Below are positions 1-8,581 of a stretch of DNA of 22,860 nt, in pieces; positions within the stretch are counted from its first letter, which is position 1, and the number at the start of each line of letters is the position of its first letter. The DNA lies in the NCBI GenBank assembly GCA_041496385.1, contig JBGQEL010000067.1, positions 1 to 22,860 of the forward strand, in the 5' to 3' direction. Under the pieces are notes generated by a model, which was given only the letters and a program-made list of their open reading frames with translations, had not been told where the DNA came from and made no database searches. The DNA comes from Candidatus Methylomirabilia bacterium. GTDB taxonomy: Bacteria; Methylomirabilota; Methylomirabilia; Rokubacteriales; CSP1-6. The position numbers were made by a program, and so were the translations under genes.

Positions 1-198
1 CGCCCGGGAGCGGTCAAGCAGGTCTCGCGGCGCGTCCTCGACGGCCTCGGCGTCGTGGGCGACGAGGAATTCTGCCGGCGGCGCATCGCCGAGTTCGCGC
101 GCGCAGGGCTCACACAGCCCGTGATCCTGCCGTTCGTCCCCGCCGGCGCGCCCGATCCGCGCGCCGCGCTCCTGCGAACGCTGCGCGCGTTTCCGTGA
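1..198 (+). CDS. 3' end of a probable LLM-class (luciferase-like) flavin-dependent oxidoreductase, partial
   Basis: Frame 1 is open from the window edge: RPGAVKQVSRRVLDGLGVVGDEEFCRRRIAEFARAGLTQPVILPF...RAFP*. The 'vvGd.e.c..rIaef..AG....vi.p' pattern is typical of LLM C-termini. The stop TGA (196-198) overlaps the kdsB GTG (GTGA). Confidence 0.6.
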   Translation, partial: RPGAVKQVSRRVLDGLGVVGDEEFCRRRIAEFARAGLTQPVILPFVPAGAPDPRAALLRTLRAFP

Positions 199-935
199 GC
201 CCACGGCTCACCGCGCTCGGTGTCATTCCCGCACGGCTCGCCTCCACGCGCCTGCCGCGCAAGGTGTTGCGCGAGATCGCCGGCAAGCCGCTGATCGTCC
301 ACGTCTGGGAGGCGGCGAAGCGCTCCGGGGAGCTGACCGACGTCCTCGTCGCGACGGACTCGCACGAAGTCGTCGCGGCCTGCGCGGGCTTCGGCGTCCC
401 GGCCGTGATGACCGCCGCCGCGCACCCCTCGGGCACCGACCGCGTCTGGGAGATCGCCCAGTCGCGCGCGGCCGACGTCTACGTCAACGTCCAGGGCGAC
501 GAGCCCCTGATCACGCCGGGGCACATCCGGCGCCTCGTCGCGCCGTTTCGCGAGCGCCCGGACACCCAGGTCAGCACGCTCAAGATCCGGCTCCTGCCCG
601 AGGAGGTGGAGAACCCGAACGCCAACAAGGTCGTCTGCGCCGCCGACGGGCGCGCGCTCTACTTCTCGAAGTACCCGATCCCGTACGACCGCGACGGACG
701 CGGCGTGACGCGCTTCAAGCACATCGGCCTCTACGCCTACCGGCGCGCGGCGCTCGAGGCCTACCATCGTCTCCCGCCGTCGCCGCTCGAGCTGACGGAG
801 AAGCTCGAGCAGCTCAGGTTCCTGGAGAACGGTATTCCGATCGTCGTCGTCGAGACCGACGAGCCCACGATCGGCGTCGACACGGAAGCCGACCTCCGCG
901 CCGTCGAAGCCCGCCTGACGTCCCGCCGCGCGTGA
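195..935 (+). CDS. kdsB: 3-deoxy-manno-octulosonate cytidylyltransferase (CMP-Kdo synthetase)
   Basis: Motifs VIPARLASTRLPRK, SGTDR, VNVQGDEP, ALYFS, HIGLYAY, EKLEQLRFLE and GVDT; 246 aa. Confidence 0.96.
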   Translation: MSPRLTALGVIPARLASTRLPRKVLREIAGKPLIVHVWEAAKRSGELTDVLVATDSHEVVAACAGFGVPAVMTAAAHPSGTDRVWEIAQSRAADVYVNVQGDEPLITPGHIRRLVAPFRERPDTQVSTLKIRLLPEEVENPNANKVVCAADGRALYFSKYPIPYDRDGRGVTRFKHIGLYAYRRAALEAYHRLPPSPLELTEKLEQLRFLENGIPIVVVETDEPTIGVDTEADLRAVEARLTSRRA

Positions 936-936
936 G

Positions 937-1098
937 GGCGCGGCCGTCTCCTCGCTCGGCGTCACCATCGGCCCGCCGATCTTCGGCGCCTGCGTCGAGT
1001 GGGCGGGCGGCTACCGCGGCCCGTGGATCGGAGTCGCGCTCATGATGGCGGGCGGGCTCCTGCTGCTAGGGCTGGCGCGGGAGCGCCGTCCCTTCTGA
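937..1098 (+). pseudogene. Orphan C-terminal fragment (last two TM helices) of an MFS transporter
   Basis: Frame 1 reads GAAVSSLGVTIGPPIFGACVEWAGGYRGPWIGVALMMAGGLLLLGLARERRPF*, matching the MFS TM11-TM12 pattern G..iGP.ifG....GgY...w. There is an in-frame TGA at 916-918 and no start codon before the motif. Confidence 0.6.
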
Positions 1099-2112
1099 GG
1101 GGCGTAGCTCCACCGCTCGCGTCGGGAACGGGATCTCGATTCCCTCGGCGCGGAGGCGGCGGAGGATACGCTTGCGCAGCTCGTGCTGGACCGGGTACTG
1201 GTCCACGAACGAGGCGACCTGGCAGACGAGCGTGAAGTCGAGCGAGGAATCGCCGAAGCCCGGAATGAGGCGCGCGAACGGCGCGGGTTCGGCGAGGAGG
1301 CCCGGCACCTCGGCGGCGGCCCGCGCGCCCTCTTCCGCGAGCACCCGCTCCACGTGATCCGGGTCGCTCGCGTAGCCGACGCCGACGCGGATCAGAAGCG
1401 CCATCCGTGGCTCGGGCATGTCGTAGTTGACGATGACCGACTCGGCCACGCGCTTGTTCGGCACGACGACGACGGTGTTCTGGAGCATCCGCACGCGCGT
1501 CGAGCGCCACCCGATGTCCAGCACGTAGCCCTCGATCGAGTCCGCGATCTTCACGTAGTCGCCGACGCGGATCGGCTTGTCGGCGAGGAGGTGGACGCCC
1601 GCGAAGAGGTTGGCGAGCGAGTCCTGGAGCGCCAGCGCCACCGCCAGGCCGCCCACGCCCAGCGCGGTGAGGATCGGCGTGATGTGGATGCCGAGGACGC
1701 TCAGGAGCACCAGGACGCCGACGATGACAATGGTCACCCGCGCAGCCGTCTGGGCGAGGCCCGTGACGGGCCCGCCGAGGGACCGCCGCTCGCTCGCCAG
1801 CGCGATGAAGACGTTCACGACGGAGGCCAGCGTGAGGGTGACCGACAGGATGAGCGCGGCCTGGAACGCTACTTCGAGCTGCGCGGTCAGGCGCCGGGGC
1901 AGCTCGGAGACCTCGATCGCCACGTAGAACGCGAGGACGGCGGCCCAGAGAAGCGACGGGAGGCTGACCGCCTGGACGAAGGCCGCGACCGTGGCGGGGG
2001 CCCGTATCCCCCGGCGGAGCACGCGCTCGAGGACGGCCCGCACGATGAGCGCGGCCAGCAGGGCCGCGAGGAACGCGAGGCCGGGCCGGACCAGGTGCCA
2101 CATGCGGTTCAT
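1066..2112 (-). CDS. mscS: Small-conductance mechanosensitive channel family protein
   Basis: TM3 motif LGVGGLAVALALQDSLANLFAG, then KPIRVGDYV, GYVLDIGWRST, VPNK, FGDSSLDF and GIEIPFP. The start is probably ATG 2112 or 2103; the ORF-track start at 2133 collides with the divergent gene. Confidence 0.93.
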   Translation of the reverse strand: MNRMWHLVRPGLAFLAALLAALIVRAVLERVLRRGIRAPATVAAFVQAVSLPSLLWAAVLAFYVAIEVSELPRRLTAQLEVAFQAALILSVTLTLASVVNVFIALASERRSLGGPVTGLAQTAARVTIVIVGVLVLLSVLGIHITPILTALGVGGLAVALALQDSLANLFAGVHLLADKPIRVGDYVKIADSIEGYVLDIGWRSTRVRMLQNTVVVVPNKRVAESVIVNYDMPEPRMALLIRVGVGYASDPDHVERVLAEEGARAAAEVPGLLAEPAPFARLIPGFGDSSLDFTLVCQVASFVDQYPVQHELRKRILRRLRAEGIEIPFPTRAVELRPSEGTALPRQP

Positions 2113-2121
2113 GCTATCGTA
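2112..2121. promoter_or_regulatory. Candidate overlapping bidirectional -10 elements for the divergent mscS/MFS pair
   Basis: The + strand has TGcTATCGT (extended -10-like, 2112-2120). The - strand has TACGAT (2121-2116). Both lie in or at the edge of a 19-bp gap between divergent start codons. Confidence 0.45.
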
Positions 2122-2131
2122 GTCGGCGCCC

Positions 2132-3349
2132 ATGAGTCAGCGCGGACTCTTCTACGGCTGGACGGTCCTCGCCGCCGCCGCCACGATCGTCGCCGTCGGG
2201 TTGGGCGCCCTCTTCTCGCTGAGCGTCTTCCTCAAGCCGATCGAGGAGTCCACGCGCTGGAGCCGGAGCGACATCTCGATGATCGCCCTCATCAACTGGC
2301 TCGCGATGGGGCTGGGCTCCTTCGTCTGGGGCACGCTCTCCGACCGCTTCGGGGGTCGCGTCGTCGCGGCGGCCGGCGGCTTCATCCTGGGTCTCGGCCT
2401 CGTGCTCTCGAGCCAGGTCTCCTCGCTCGGCCAGCTCTACGTCACCTTCGGCGTCCTCGTGGGCTTCGCGGTGGGCGCCTTCTACGCTCCCCTGACGGCG
2501 ACGGTCACGAGGTGGTTCACGACCAACCGGGGTCTCGCCGTGGGAGCCGTCTCGAGCGGGATCGGCCTCGGCACCTTCCTGATCGCGCCGCTCACCCGCT
2601 GGCTCACGAGCCTCTGGGACTGGCGGACGGCGATGCTCGTCCTCGGCGACATCGCGTGGCTCGTGATCATCCCCGTGTCGCTCCTCATCCGGAACGCGCC
2701 GGCGGAGATGGGCGCCGTCGGCCGCGGCGGAACCGCCGTCGCGCAGCGCGAGTTCTCCACGCGACAGGTCCTGAGGGCGCCGCAGTTCTGGGCGATCGCG
2801 CTCACGCACCTCGCCTGCTGCGCGGCGCACTCCGGGCCGATCTTCCACATGGTGACCCACGCGATCGACCAGGGCATCGCGGCGATGGTGGCGGCGACCG
2901 CCTTCGGCGTCTCCGGCCTGTCGTCCATCGCCGGGCGGATCGGGTGCGGCCTCCTCGCCGACCGCTTCGGCGCGAAGCGGACGCTGATCGTGGGCCTGGC
3001 GATCCAGGCCGCGATGGTCTTCTCCTACCTCTTCACGCGTGAGGCGGGCTCGTTCTACGGGGCCGCGATCGTCTTCGGCGTCGCCTACGGCGGCGTCATG
3101 CCGCTCTACGCCCTCGTGACGCGGGAGTACTTCGGCGAGAAGGTGATGGGCACCGCATACGGCGCCGTCTTCCTCATCTCGACGCTCGGGATGGGCCTCG
3201 GCTCCTACGCGGGCGGGTGGATCCACGATCATCTGGGCACCTACGCCTGGCTCTACATCACCTCGACCGCGATCGGCGTCGCCGCAACGGTGCTCGCCTT
3301 CGGCTTCCGCGCTCCACGCCTCATGCCGCAAGGCGCCATCAGCAGTTGA
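2132..3349 (+). CDS. MFS transporter (OFA/MCT-like, about 12 TM)
   Basis: N-terminal FYGW, motif A twice (GTLSDRFGGR, GLLADRFGAK), RWFTTNRGLAVG and REYFG; 405 aa, hydrophobic. Confidence 0.92.
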   Translation: MSQRGLFYGWTVLAAAATIVAVGLGALFSLSVFLKPIEESTRWSRSDISMIALINWLAMGLGSFVWGTLSDRFGGRVVAAAGGFILGLGLVLSSQVSSLGQLYVTFGVLVGFAVGAFYAPLTATVTRWFTTNRGLAVGAVSSGIGLGTFLIAPLTRWLTSLWDWRTAMLVLGDIAWLVIIPVSLLIRNAPAEMGAVGRGGTAVAQREFSTRQVLRAPQFWAIALTHLACCAAHSGPIFHMVTHAIDQGIAAMVAATAFGVSGLSSIAGRIGCGLLADRFGAKRTLIVGLAIQAAMVFSYLFTREAGSFYGAAIVFGVAYGGVMPLYALVTREYFGEKVMGTAYGAVFLISTLGMGLGSYAGGWIHDHLGTYAWLYITSTAIGVAATVLAFGFRAPRLMPQGAISS

Positions 3350-3376
3350 CACCTCCGCGCGATAAGTGCTACTAAT
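3346..3376 (+). promoter_or_regulatory. Probable sigma70-type promoter of the ABC cluster
   Basis: Perfect TTGACA at 3346-3351 (overlaps the MFS stop), 18-bp spacer, then TG-c-TACTAAT at 3367-3376, in an AT-rich patch upstream of the first binding-protein gene. The -10 match is imperfect. Confidence 0.55.
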
Positions 3377-3470
3377 TCTTCGCTTTTCTCGGAGGTTAGA
3401 CCCCAATCTGCCGACAGCAACGCCGCTCCAGGCATAGAAGCCCGGTGTGACTGATCAAGGAGGATCGCGC

Positions 3471-4802
3471 ATGAACCCGAAAGGGATGAATCGTAGACAC
3501 TTCATCAAGGTTTCCGGTGCCACCGCGGCGGTCGCGGCGACGGGCATCGAGGGCATCCTGGAAGCGCGCCGCGCCCCGGCCTTCGCCCAGGGCACGAAGC
3601 TCCACTGGGTCCGCTGGGTGGACTTCATCCCAGAGTCCGACGTCGAGCTCAAGCGGCAGATGCCGGAGGCGTCCAAGGCCCTCGGTGCCGAGGTCCAGTT
3701 CGAGACCATCAATGCCAACGACCTGCAGCCCCGTATCACGGCCGCGGTCCAGTCCGGATCGGGCGCCGATATCTTCAACTTCCAGTACAACTGGCCGCAC
3801 CTCTACCAGAATGCGGTCGTCGACGTCAGCGACGTCGCCGGCGACCTCGCCAAGGCCGAGGGCGGTTTCTACGAGGTGTGGGCGCCGTCCTGCCAGGTCA
3901 ACGGCAAGTGGCTGTCGGTCCCGCACTCGATCGTCGGCAACGCCGTCGCCTACCGGAGGTCGTGGCTGAAGGAGGCCGGCGCCAGCCAGTATCCGAAAAC
4001 CTGGGACGAGGCCCGCAAGCTGTTCGCCGTGCTCAAGAAGAAGGGCAAGCCGTACGGGCAGACCCTCGGCCACACCTTCGGCGACGCGCCGACCTTCACC
4101 TACCCGATCCTGTGGGCGTTCGGCGGCGCCGAGACGGACAAGTCCGGCAAGAAGGTCACGCTCAACTCCAAGGGGGCTGTCGAGTCGGTCAAGTTCATGC
4201 AGGCGTTCTGGAAGGAGTGCTGCGACGAGGGCGGGCTGGCCTGGGACGACACCAACAACAACCGTGCTTTCCACGCCGGAGAGATCTCGGCCACGCTCAA
4301 CGGCGCTTCGATCTACATCGTCGCCAAGCGCCAGAAGGACAAGATCAAGGACGACAAGGGCGAGCCGCTCTGGCAGGACATCGACCACGCGCCGCTGCCG
4401 GCCGGGCCCGCCGGCGGCTACCTGCTCTTCCTGAACCAATCGCACGCGGTCATGAAGTACGGCAAGAACCAGAAGCTCGCGAAGGACTTCCTGCGCTGGC
4501 TGCACAAGCCCGAGAACTACAGCAAGTGGTTCACCACCCAGGAGGGCTACTCGGTCGGCTCCACCCACAAGTGGGAGAACGACTCGATGTGGGGCAAGCT
4601 CGACGAGCCGCTGAAGATGTTCCGCACCGCCGCGCGCAACACGCGGCTCTTCGGATTTGCCGGTCCCTCCACGGCGAAGGCGACCGAGGCCTTCACGAAG
4701 TACGTCATCACCGACATGTACGCCAAGGCCGTCCAGGGCATGGGCGCCGAGGACGCGGTGAAGTGGGCCGAGGGCGAGCTCAAGAAGATCTACGAAGGCT
4801 AG
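3471..4802 (+). CDS. ABC transporter extracellular solute-binding protein 1 (CUT1/carbohydrate type), Tat signal
   Basis: RBS AAGGAGG at 3457-3463 precedes ATG 3471. Twin-arginine NRRHFIK, AFA|QG cleavage site, and SBP family 1 hallmarks (AYRRSW, PKTWDE, AF.AGE). Confidence 0.92.
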   Translation: MNPKGMNRRHFIKVSGATAAVAATGIEGILEARRAPAFAQGTKLHWVRWVDFIPESDVELKRQMPEASKALGAEVQFETINANDLQPRITAAVQSGSGADIFNFQYNWPHLYQNAVVDVSDVAGDLAKAEGGFYEVWAPSCQVNGKWLSVPHSIVGNAVAYRRSWLKEAGASQYPKTWDEARKLFAVLKKKGKPYGQTLGHTFGDAPTFTYPILWAFGGAETDKSGKKVTLNSKGAVESVKFMQAFWKECCDEGGLAWDDTNNNRAFHAGEISATLNGASIYIVAKRQKDKIKDDKGEPLWQDIDHAPLPAGPAGGYLLFLNQSHAVMKYGKNQKLAKDFLRWLHKPENYSKWFTTQEGYSVGSTHKWENDSMWGKLDEPLKMFRTAARNTRLFGFAGPSTAKATEAFTKYVITDMYAKAVQGMGAEDAVKWAEGELKKIYEG

Positions 4803-4824
4803 CGACTCAACGCGGAGGGCCACC

Positions 4825-6144
4825 ATGAAACGGCGCGAGTTTCTCAAGACAGCCGGCGTCGCCGCCGGCGCGGCCTCGGTCGGTCTGGAAGGCATCCTGG
4901 CGGCGCGCCGGGCGCCGGCGTATGCGCAGGGCACCAAGCTGCACCTCGTCCGCTGGGTCGACTTCATCCCGGAGGCGGACGTCGAGCTCAAGCGCCAGGC
5001 CCCCGAGGCGGGCAAGGCCCTGGGCGCCGAGGTCGTCTTCGAGTTCATCAACGCCAACGACCTCCAGCCGCGCATCACGGCGGGCGTCCAGTCGGGCAGC
5101 GGCGCCGACGTCTTCCAGATGCTCTACAACTGGCCGCAGCTCTACGCCAACGCGCTGGTGGACGTGTCCGACGTGGCGGAGGCGGTGGGCAAGGCGCAGG
5201 GCGGCTTCTACGACGCGTTCGACGCGGCCGCCAAGGTCGGCGGCCGCTGGCTCGCCGTCCCGCACAGTACCGGCGGCAACGCCATCGCGTACCGGCGCTC
5301 CTGGCACGCCGAGATCGGCGTGACCGAGTTTCCGAAGACGTGGGATGCCTGGCGCGAGGTGGGCAAGAAGCTCAAGGCCAAGGGCAAGCCCGTCGGGCAG
5401 GCCCTGGGGCACAGCTTCGGCGATCCGCCGACGTTCGCCTACCCGCTGCTGTGGAGCTTCGGCGGCGCCGAGACCGATCCGACGGGCAAGCGTGTGATCA
5501 TCAACTCCAAGGCAACGCTCGAGTCGGTGAAGTTCATGCAGGCCTTCTGGAAGGACGCGTGCGACGAGGGCGGGCTGGCCTGGGACGACACCAACAACAA
5601 CCGCGCCTTCCACGCGGGCGAGATCTCCGCCACGCTCAACGGCGCCTCGATCTACATCGTCGCCAAGCGCCAGAAGGACAAGATCAAGGACGACAAGGGC
5701 GAGCCGCTCTGGCAGGACATCGAGCACGCCGCGCCGCTGCCGGCGGGGCCCGCCGGCCAGGCCGCGCTCTACGTGCCCTTCGAGCACGCCGTGATGAAGT
5801 ACTCGAAGAACCAAAAGCTGGCCAAGGACCTGCTGACGTGGATGCATCAGAAGGAGAACTACGGAAAGTGGTTCGAGGTCAACGAGGGGTATTCCGTGGG
5901 CGCCGCCAAGGCCTGGGAGGAGCATCCCATGTGGGGCAAGGTCGACAAGCCCTTGCAGATCTTCCGGCGCGCCGCGCGGCAGACGCGGATGCTCGGCTAC
6001 CAGGGCCCGGCGACCGCCAAGGCAACCGAGAGCTACTCGAAATACATCATCGTCGACATGTACGCCAAGGCGGTCCAGGGCGCGAAGGCCGAGGACGTCG
6101 TGAAGTGGGCCGAGGCCGAGCTGAAGAAGATCTACGAGAGCTAA
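4825..6144 (+). CDS. ABC transporter solute-binding protein 2, paralog of SBP1, Tat signal
   Basis: GGAGG RBS, KRREFLK twin-arginine motif, AYA|QG site; collinear with SBP1. Confidence 0.93.
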   Translation: MKRREFLKTAGVAAGAASVGLEGILAARRAPAYAQGTKLHLVRWVDFIPEADVELKRQAPEAGKALGAEVVFEFINANDLQPRITAGVQSGSGADVFQMLYNWPQLYANALVDVSDVAEAVGKAQGGFYDAFDAAAKVGGRWLAVPHSTGGNAIAYRRSWHAEIGVTEFPKTWDAWREVGKKLKAKGKPVGQALGHSFGDPPTFAYPLLWSFGGAETDPTGKRVIINSKATLESVKFMQAFWKDACDEGGLAWDDTNNNRAFHAGEISATLNGASIYIVAKRQKDKIKDDKGEPLWQDIEHAAPLPAGPAGQAALYVPFEHAVMKYSKNQKLAKDLLTWMHQKENYGKWFEVNEGYSVGAAKAWEEHPMWGKVDKPLQIFRRAARQTRMLGYQGPATAKATESYSKYIIVDMYAKAVQGAKAEDVVKWAEAELKKIYES

Positions 6145-6169
6145 CCAACCTCGAACAGGGAGGGCAGCC

Positions 6170-7480
6170 ATGGAGAGGCGTGAGTTCCTGAAGACCGCCG
6201 GCGTCGCCGCCGGCGCGGCTGCGGCCGGGCTCGAGGGCGTCCTGGCCGCGCGCCGCGCGCCGGCGTACGCGCAGGGCACCCGGCTCAATATCCTGCGCTG
6301 GGTGGACTTCATCCCCGCCTGCGATGTCGAGCTCAAGCGCCAGGCCGGTGATGCGTCGAAGGCCCTCGGGGCCGAGGTGGTCTTCGAGTTCATCAACGCC
6401 AACGACCTCCAGCCGCGCATCACGGCGTCCATCCAGTCGGGATCGGGTCCCGACGTCATCCACATGCTCCACAACTGGCCGCACCTCTACGAGAACAGCC
6501 TCGTCGACGTGGGTGATCTCGCCGAGTGGCAGGGCAAGGATCAGGGCGGCTTCTACGCCCAGTCCGAGGCCTACGTCAGGGTGGGCGGCCGGTTCATGGC
6601 CCTGCCCCACGGCATCGTTCCCGGCCTCATCGCCTACCGGAAGTCGTGGTTCGACGAGATCGGCGTCACGACGTTTCCCAAGACCTACGAGGATCTGCGC
6701 CAGGTCGGGACGCGACTCAAGAAGAAGGGCCACCCGTACGGCCAGACGCTCGGTCACACCTTCGGCGACGCGCCCGCGTGGGCCTACCCGCTGCTCTGGA
6801 ACTTCGGCGGGATGGAAACCGACAAGGGCGGAAAGACGGCGCTCGACGGCAAGGGCTCGGTCGAAGCGGTGAAGTTCATGCAGGCGCTCTGGAAGGACGC
6901 CTGCGACGAGGGCGGGCTGGCCTGGGACGACACGAACAACAACCGGGCCTTTCTCGCCGGCGAGATCTGCGCCACCCTGAACGGAGCGTCCATCTACATC
7001 GCGGCCAAGCGCGGCCCCGACAAGATCAAGGACGAGCGCGGCGAGCCGATGGTGCGCGACATCCAGCACGCCCGCCTCCCCGCGGGACCGGCCGGCTCGC
7101 GGAGCTACCACACCGCCTTCTCGCACGGGGTCATGAAGTACGGGAAGAACCAGAAACTCGCCAAGGACTTCCTCAAGTGGCTCCACGGCAAGGAGCAGTA
7201 CGGGAAGTGGTTCCAGGTGGCCGAGGGCTTCTCGGTGGGCTCCACGAAGTTCTGGGAGCAGCACCCGCTCTGGAGCACGATCGACGAGCCGATGAAGGGC
7301 TTCCGCACGGCCCCCGACAACTCCCGGGTCATCGGCTTCGCCGGGCCGCCGAACGCCAAGGCCACGGAGGTCTACTCGAAGTACGTCATCGTGGACATGT
7401 TCGCCAAGGGCGTGCAGGGCACGAAGGCCGAGGACGCCGTCAAGTGGGCGGCCGGCGAGCTCAAGAAGATCTATGGATAG
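6170..7480 (+). CDS. ABC transporter solute-binding protein 3, paralog, Tat signal
   Basis: GGAGG RBS, ERREFLK, AYA|QG site; shares CDEGGLAWDDTNNNRAF with SBP1 and SBP2. Confidence 0.93.
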   Translation: MERREFLKTAGVAAGAAAAGLEGVLAARRAPAYAQGTRLNILRWVDFIPACDVELKRQAGDASKALGAEVVFEFINANDLQPRITASIQSGSGPDVIHMLHNWPHLYENSLVDVGDLAEWQGKDQGGFYAQSEAYVRVGGRFMALPHGIVPGLIAYRKSWFDEIGVTTFPKTYEDLRQVGTRLKKKGHPYGQTLGHTFGDAPAWAYPLLWNFGGMETDKGGKTALDGKGSVEAVKFMQALWKDACDEGGLAWDDTNNNRAFLAGEICATLNGASIYIAAKRGPDKIKDERGEPMVRDIQHARLPAGPAGSRSYHTAFSHGVMKYGKNQKLAKDFLKWLHGKEQYGKWFQVAEGFSVGSTKFWEQHPLWSTIDEPMKGFRTAPDNSRVIGFAGPPNAKATEVYSKYVIVDMFAKGVQGTKAEDAVKWAAGELKKIYG

Positions 7481-7500
7481 GCTGACGGGATAGGCTGACG
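7475..7500 (+). repeat. Perfect 13-bp tandem duplication GGATAGGCTGACG x2
   Basis: 7475-7487 and 7488-7500 are identical. Together they span the SBP3 stop and the first base of the permease GTG. Confidence 0.9.
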
Positions 7501-8471
7501 TGAAACGGCCAATCGCAGGGGCAGCGGGCAGCGCAGCCGGGCTCGAGGTCGCGCTGCCACGTTCCCGGACCTCCCGGCCGGCGCCGTTCCTGACACGCGT
7601 GCTCGAGAACGAGCGGCTGCTGGCGGCCGCGCTCCTGACCCCGACGGTGCTGCTGCTCGGGCTCTTCATCGCGTACCCGTTCGTGATGGGCGTCTGGCTC
7701 TCGCTTTCCAGCACGAGCGTCGGCAATATCGGTCACTTCGTCGGCGCCAAGAACTTCGTGAAGGCCTGGAACGACTCGATCTTCCGGGAGGCGTTCCGGA
7801 ACACGTTCGTCTACACGTTCTGGGCGACGATCTTCAAGCTCGTGCTGGGCATGTACCTCGCACTCCTGCTGAACCGAAGTTTTCGCGGGAAACGGATCGT
7901 GCGCGCCTCGATGCTGCTGCCCTTCATCGTGCCGACCGTGCTCTCGACCTTCGCCTGGCGCTGGATGTTCGACCCGACCTTCAGCGTGCTGAACTGGCTC
8001 CTCTACAGGAGCGGGATGATCGTCACCAAGCTGCCGTTCCTCTCGGACGGCGTCTACGGTCTCTGGTGCGCGATCACCGTGAACACCTGGCGCGGCATGC
8101 CCTTCTTCGCGATCACGCTGCTGGCCGGCCTCCAGACGATCAACCCCGACCTGCACGAGGCGGCCTCGCTCGACGGCGCCAACGCCTGGCGGCGCTTCTG
8201 GCACGTGACCTGGCCGCTCCTGAAGCCGGTCACGCTGGTCGTCGTGGTCTTCTCGGTCATCCAGACGTTCTCCGACTTCCAGCTGATCTATGTGCTGACG
8301 GGCGGCGGTCCGGCGAACTCCACGCACCTGCTGGCGACGTACGCCTACCAGATCGGCGTGGCCACGGGCCTGCTCGGCGAGGGCGCGGCGATCTCGCTCT
8401 TCATGCTCCCGGTGCTCTTCGTGGTCGTCTGGATCCAGCTCCGCTACCTCCGCAGGCTGGAGGGAGCGTGA
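7500..8471 (+). CDS. Carbohydrate ABC transporter permease (MalF/UgpA-like)
   Basis: EAA loop LHEAASLDGANAWRRFWHVTWP, plus LTGGGP and FVG.KNF. The start position is uncertain. Confidence 0.93.
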   Translation: MKRPIAGAAGSAAGLEVALPRSRTSRPAPFLTRVLENERLLAAALLTPTVLLLGLFIAYPFVMGVWLSLSSTSVGNIGHFVGAKNFVKAWNDSIFREAFRNTFVYTFWATIFKLVLGMYLALLLNRSFRGKRIVRASMLLPFIVPTVLSTFAWRWMFDPTFSVLNWLLYRSGMIVTKLPFLSDGVYGLWCAITVNTWRGMPFFAITLLAGLQTINPDLHEAASLDGANAWRRFWHVTWPLLKPVTLVVVVFSVIQTFSDFQLIYVLTGGGPANSTHLLATYAYQIGVATGLLGEGAAISLFMLPVLFVVVWIQLRYLRRLEGA

Positions 8472-8581
8472 TGACCTCCGACGTGCGCGTTGTCCGCCGA
8501 GCGGTGCCCCGCATCTGGATTGTCCGCGGAGCGGTGCCCCGCGTTGTCCGCAGAGCGGTGCCGTCCTGGAGCGTTCGATAA
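8471..8581 (+). CDS. Putative 36-aa Arg/Val-rich repeat peptide MTSDVRVVRRAVPRIWIVRGAVPRVVRRAVPSWSVR
   Basis: ATG overlaps the upstream stop (TGATG) and is preceded by GGAGGGAG. Its TAA (8579-8581) directly abuts the next ATG (8582). Confidence 0.4.
   Translation: MTSDVRVVRRAVPRIWIVRGAVPRVVRRAVPSWSVR
8490..8562 (+). repeat. Three direct repeats TTGTCCGCnGAGCGGTGCC(CCGC)
   Basis: Copies at 8490-8512, 8520-8542 and 8544-8562 (truncated). Periods are 30 and 24 bp, with one variable base (C/G/A). Confidence 0.9.

Noticed and set aside
1183..3042. Long alternative-frame and antisense ORFs (also 3396..5078, 4807..6474, 6047..7726, 8444..10660, 12505..14334, 15820..17352, 19993..21963)
   Set aside because: These are shadow ORFs expected from high GC3 codon bias. 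They overlap well-supported genes, and their mutual similarity only mirrors the SBP paralogy.
8490..8562. CRISPR array
   Set aside because: The spacers are only 7 and 1 nt, there are three copies, and no cas genes are present.
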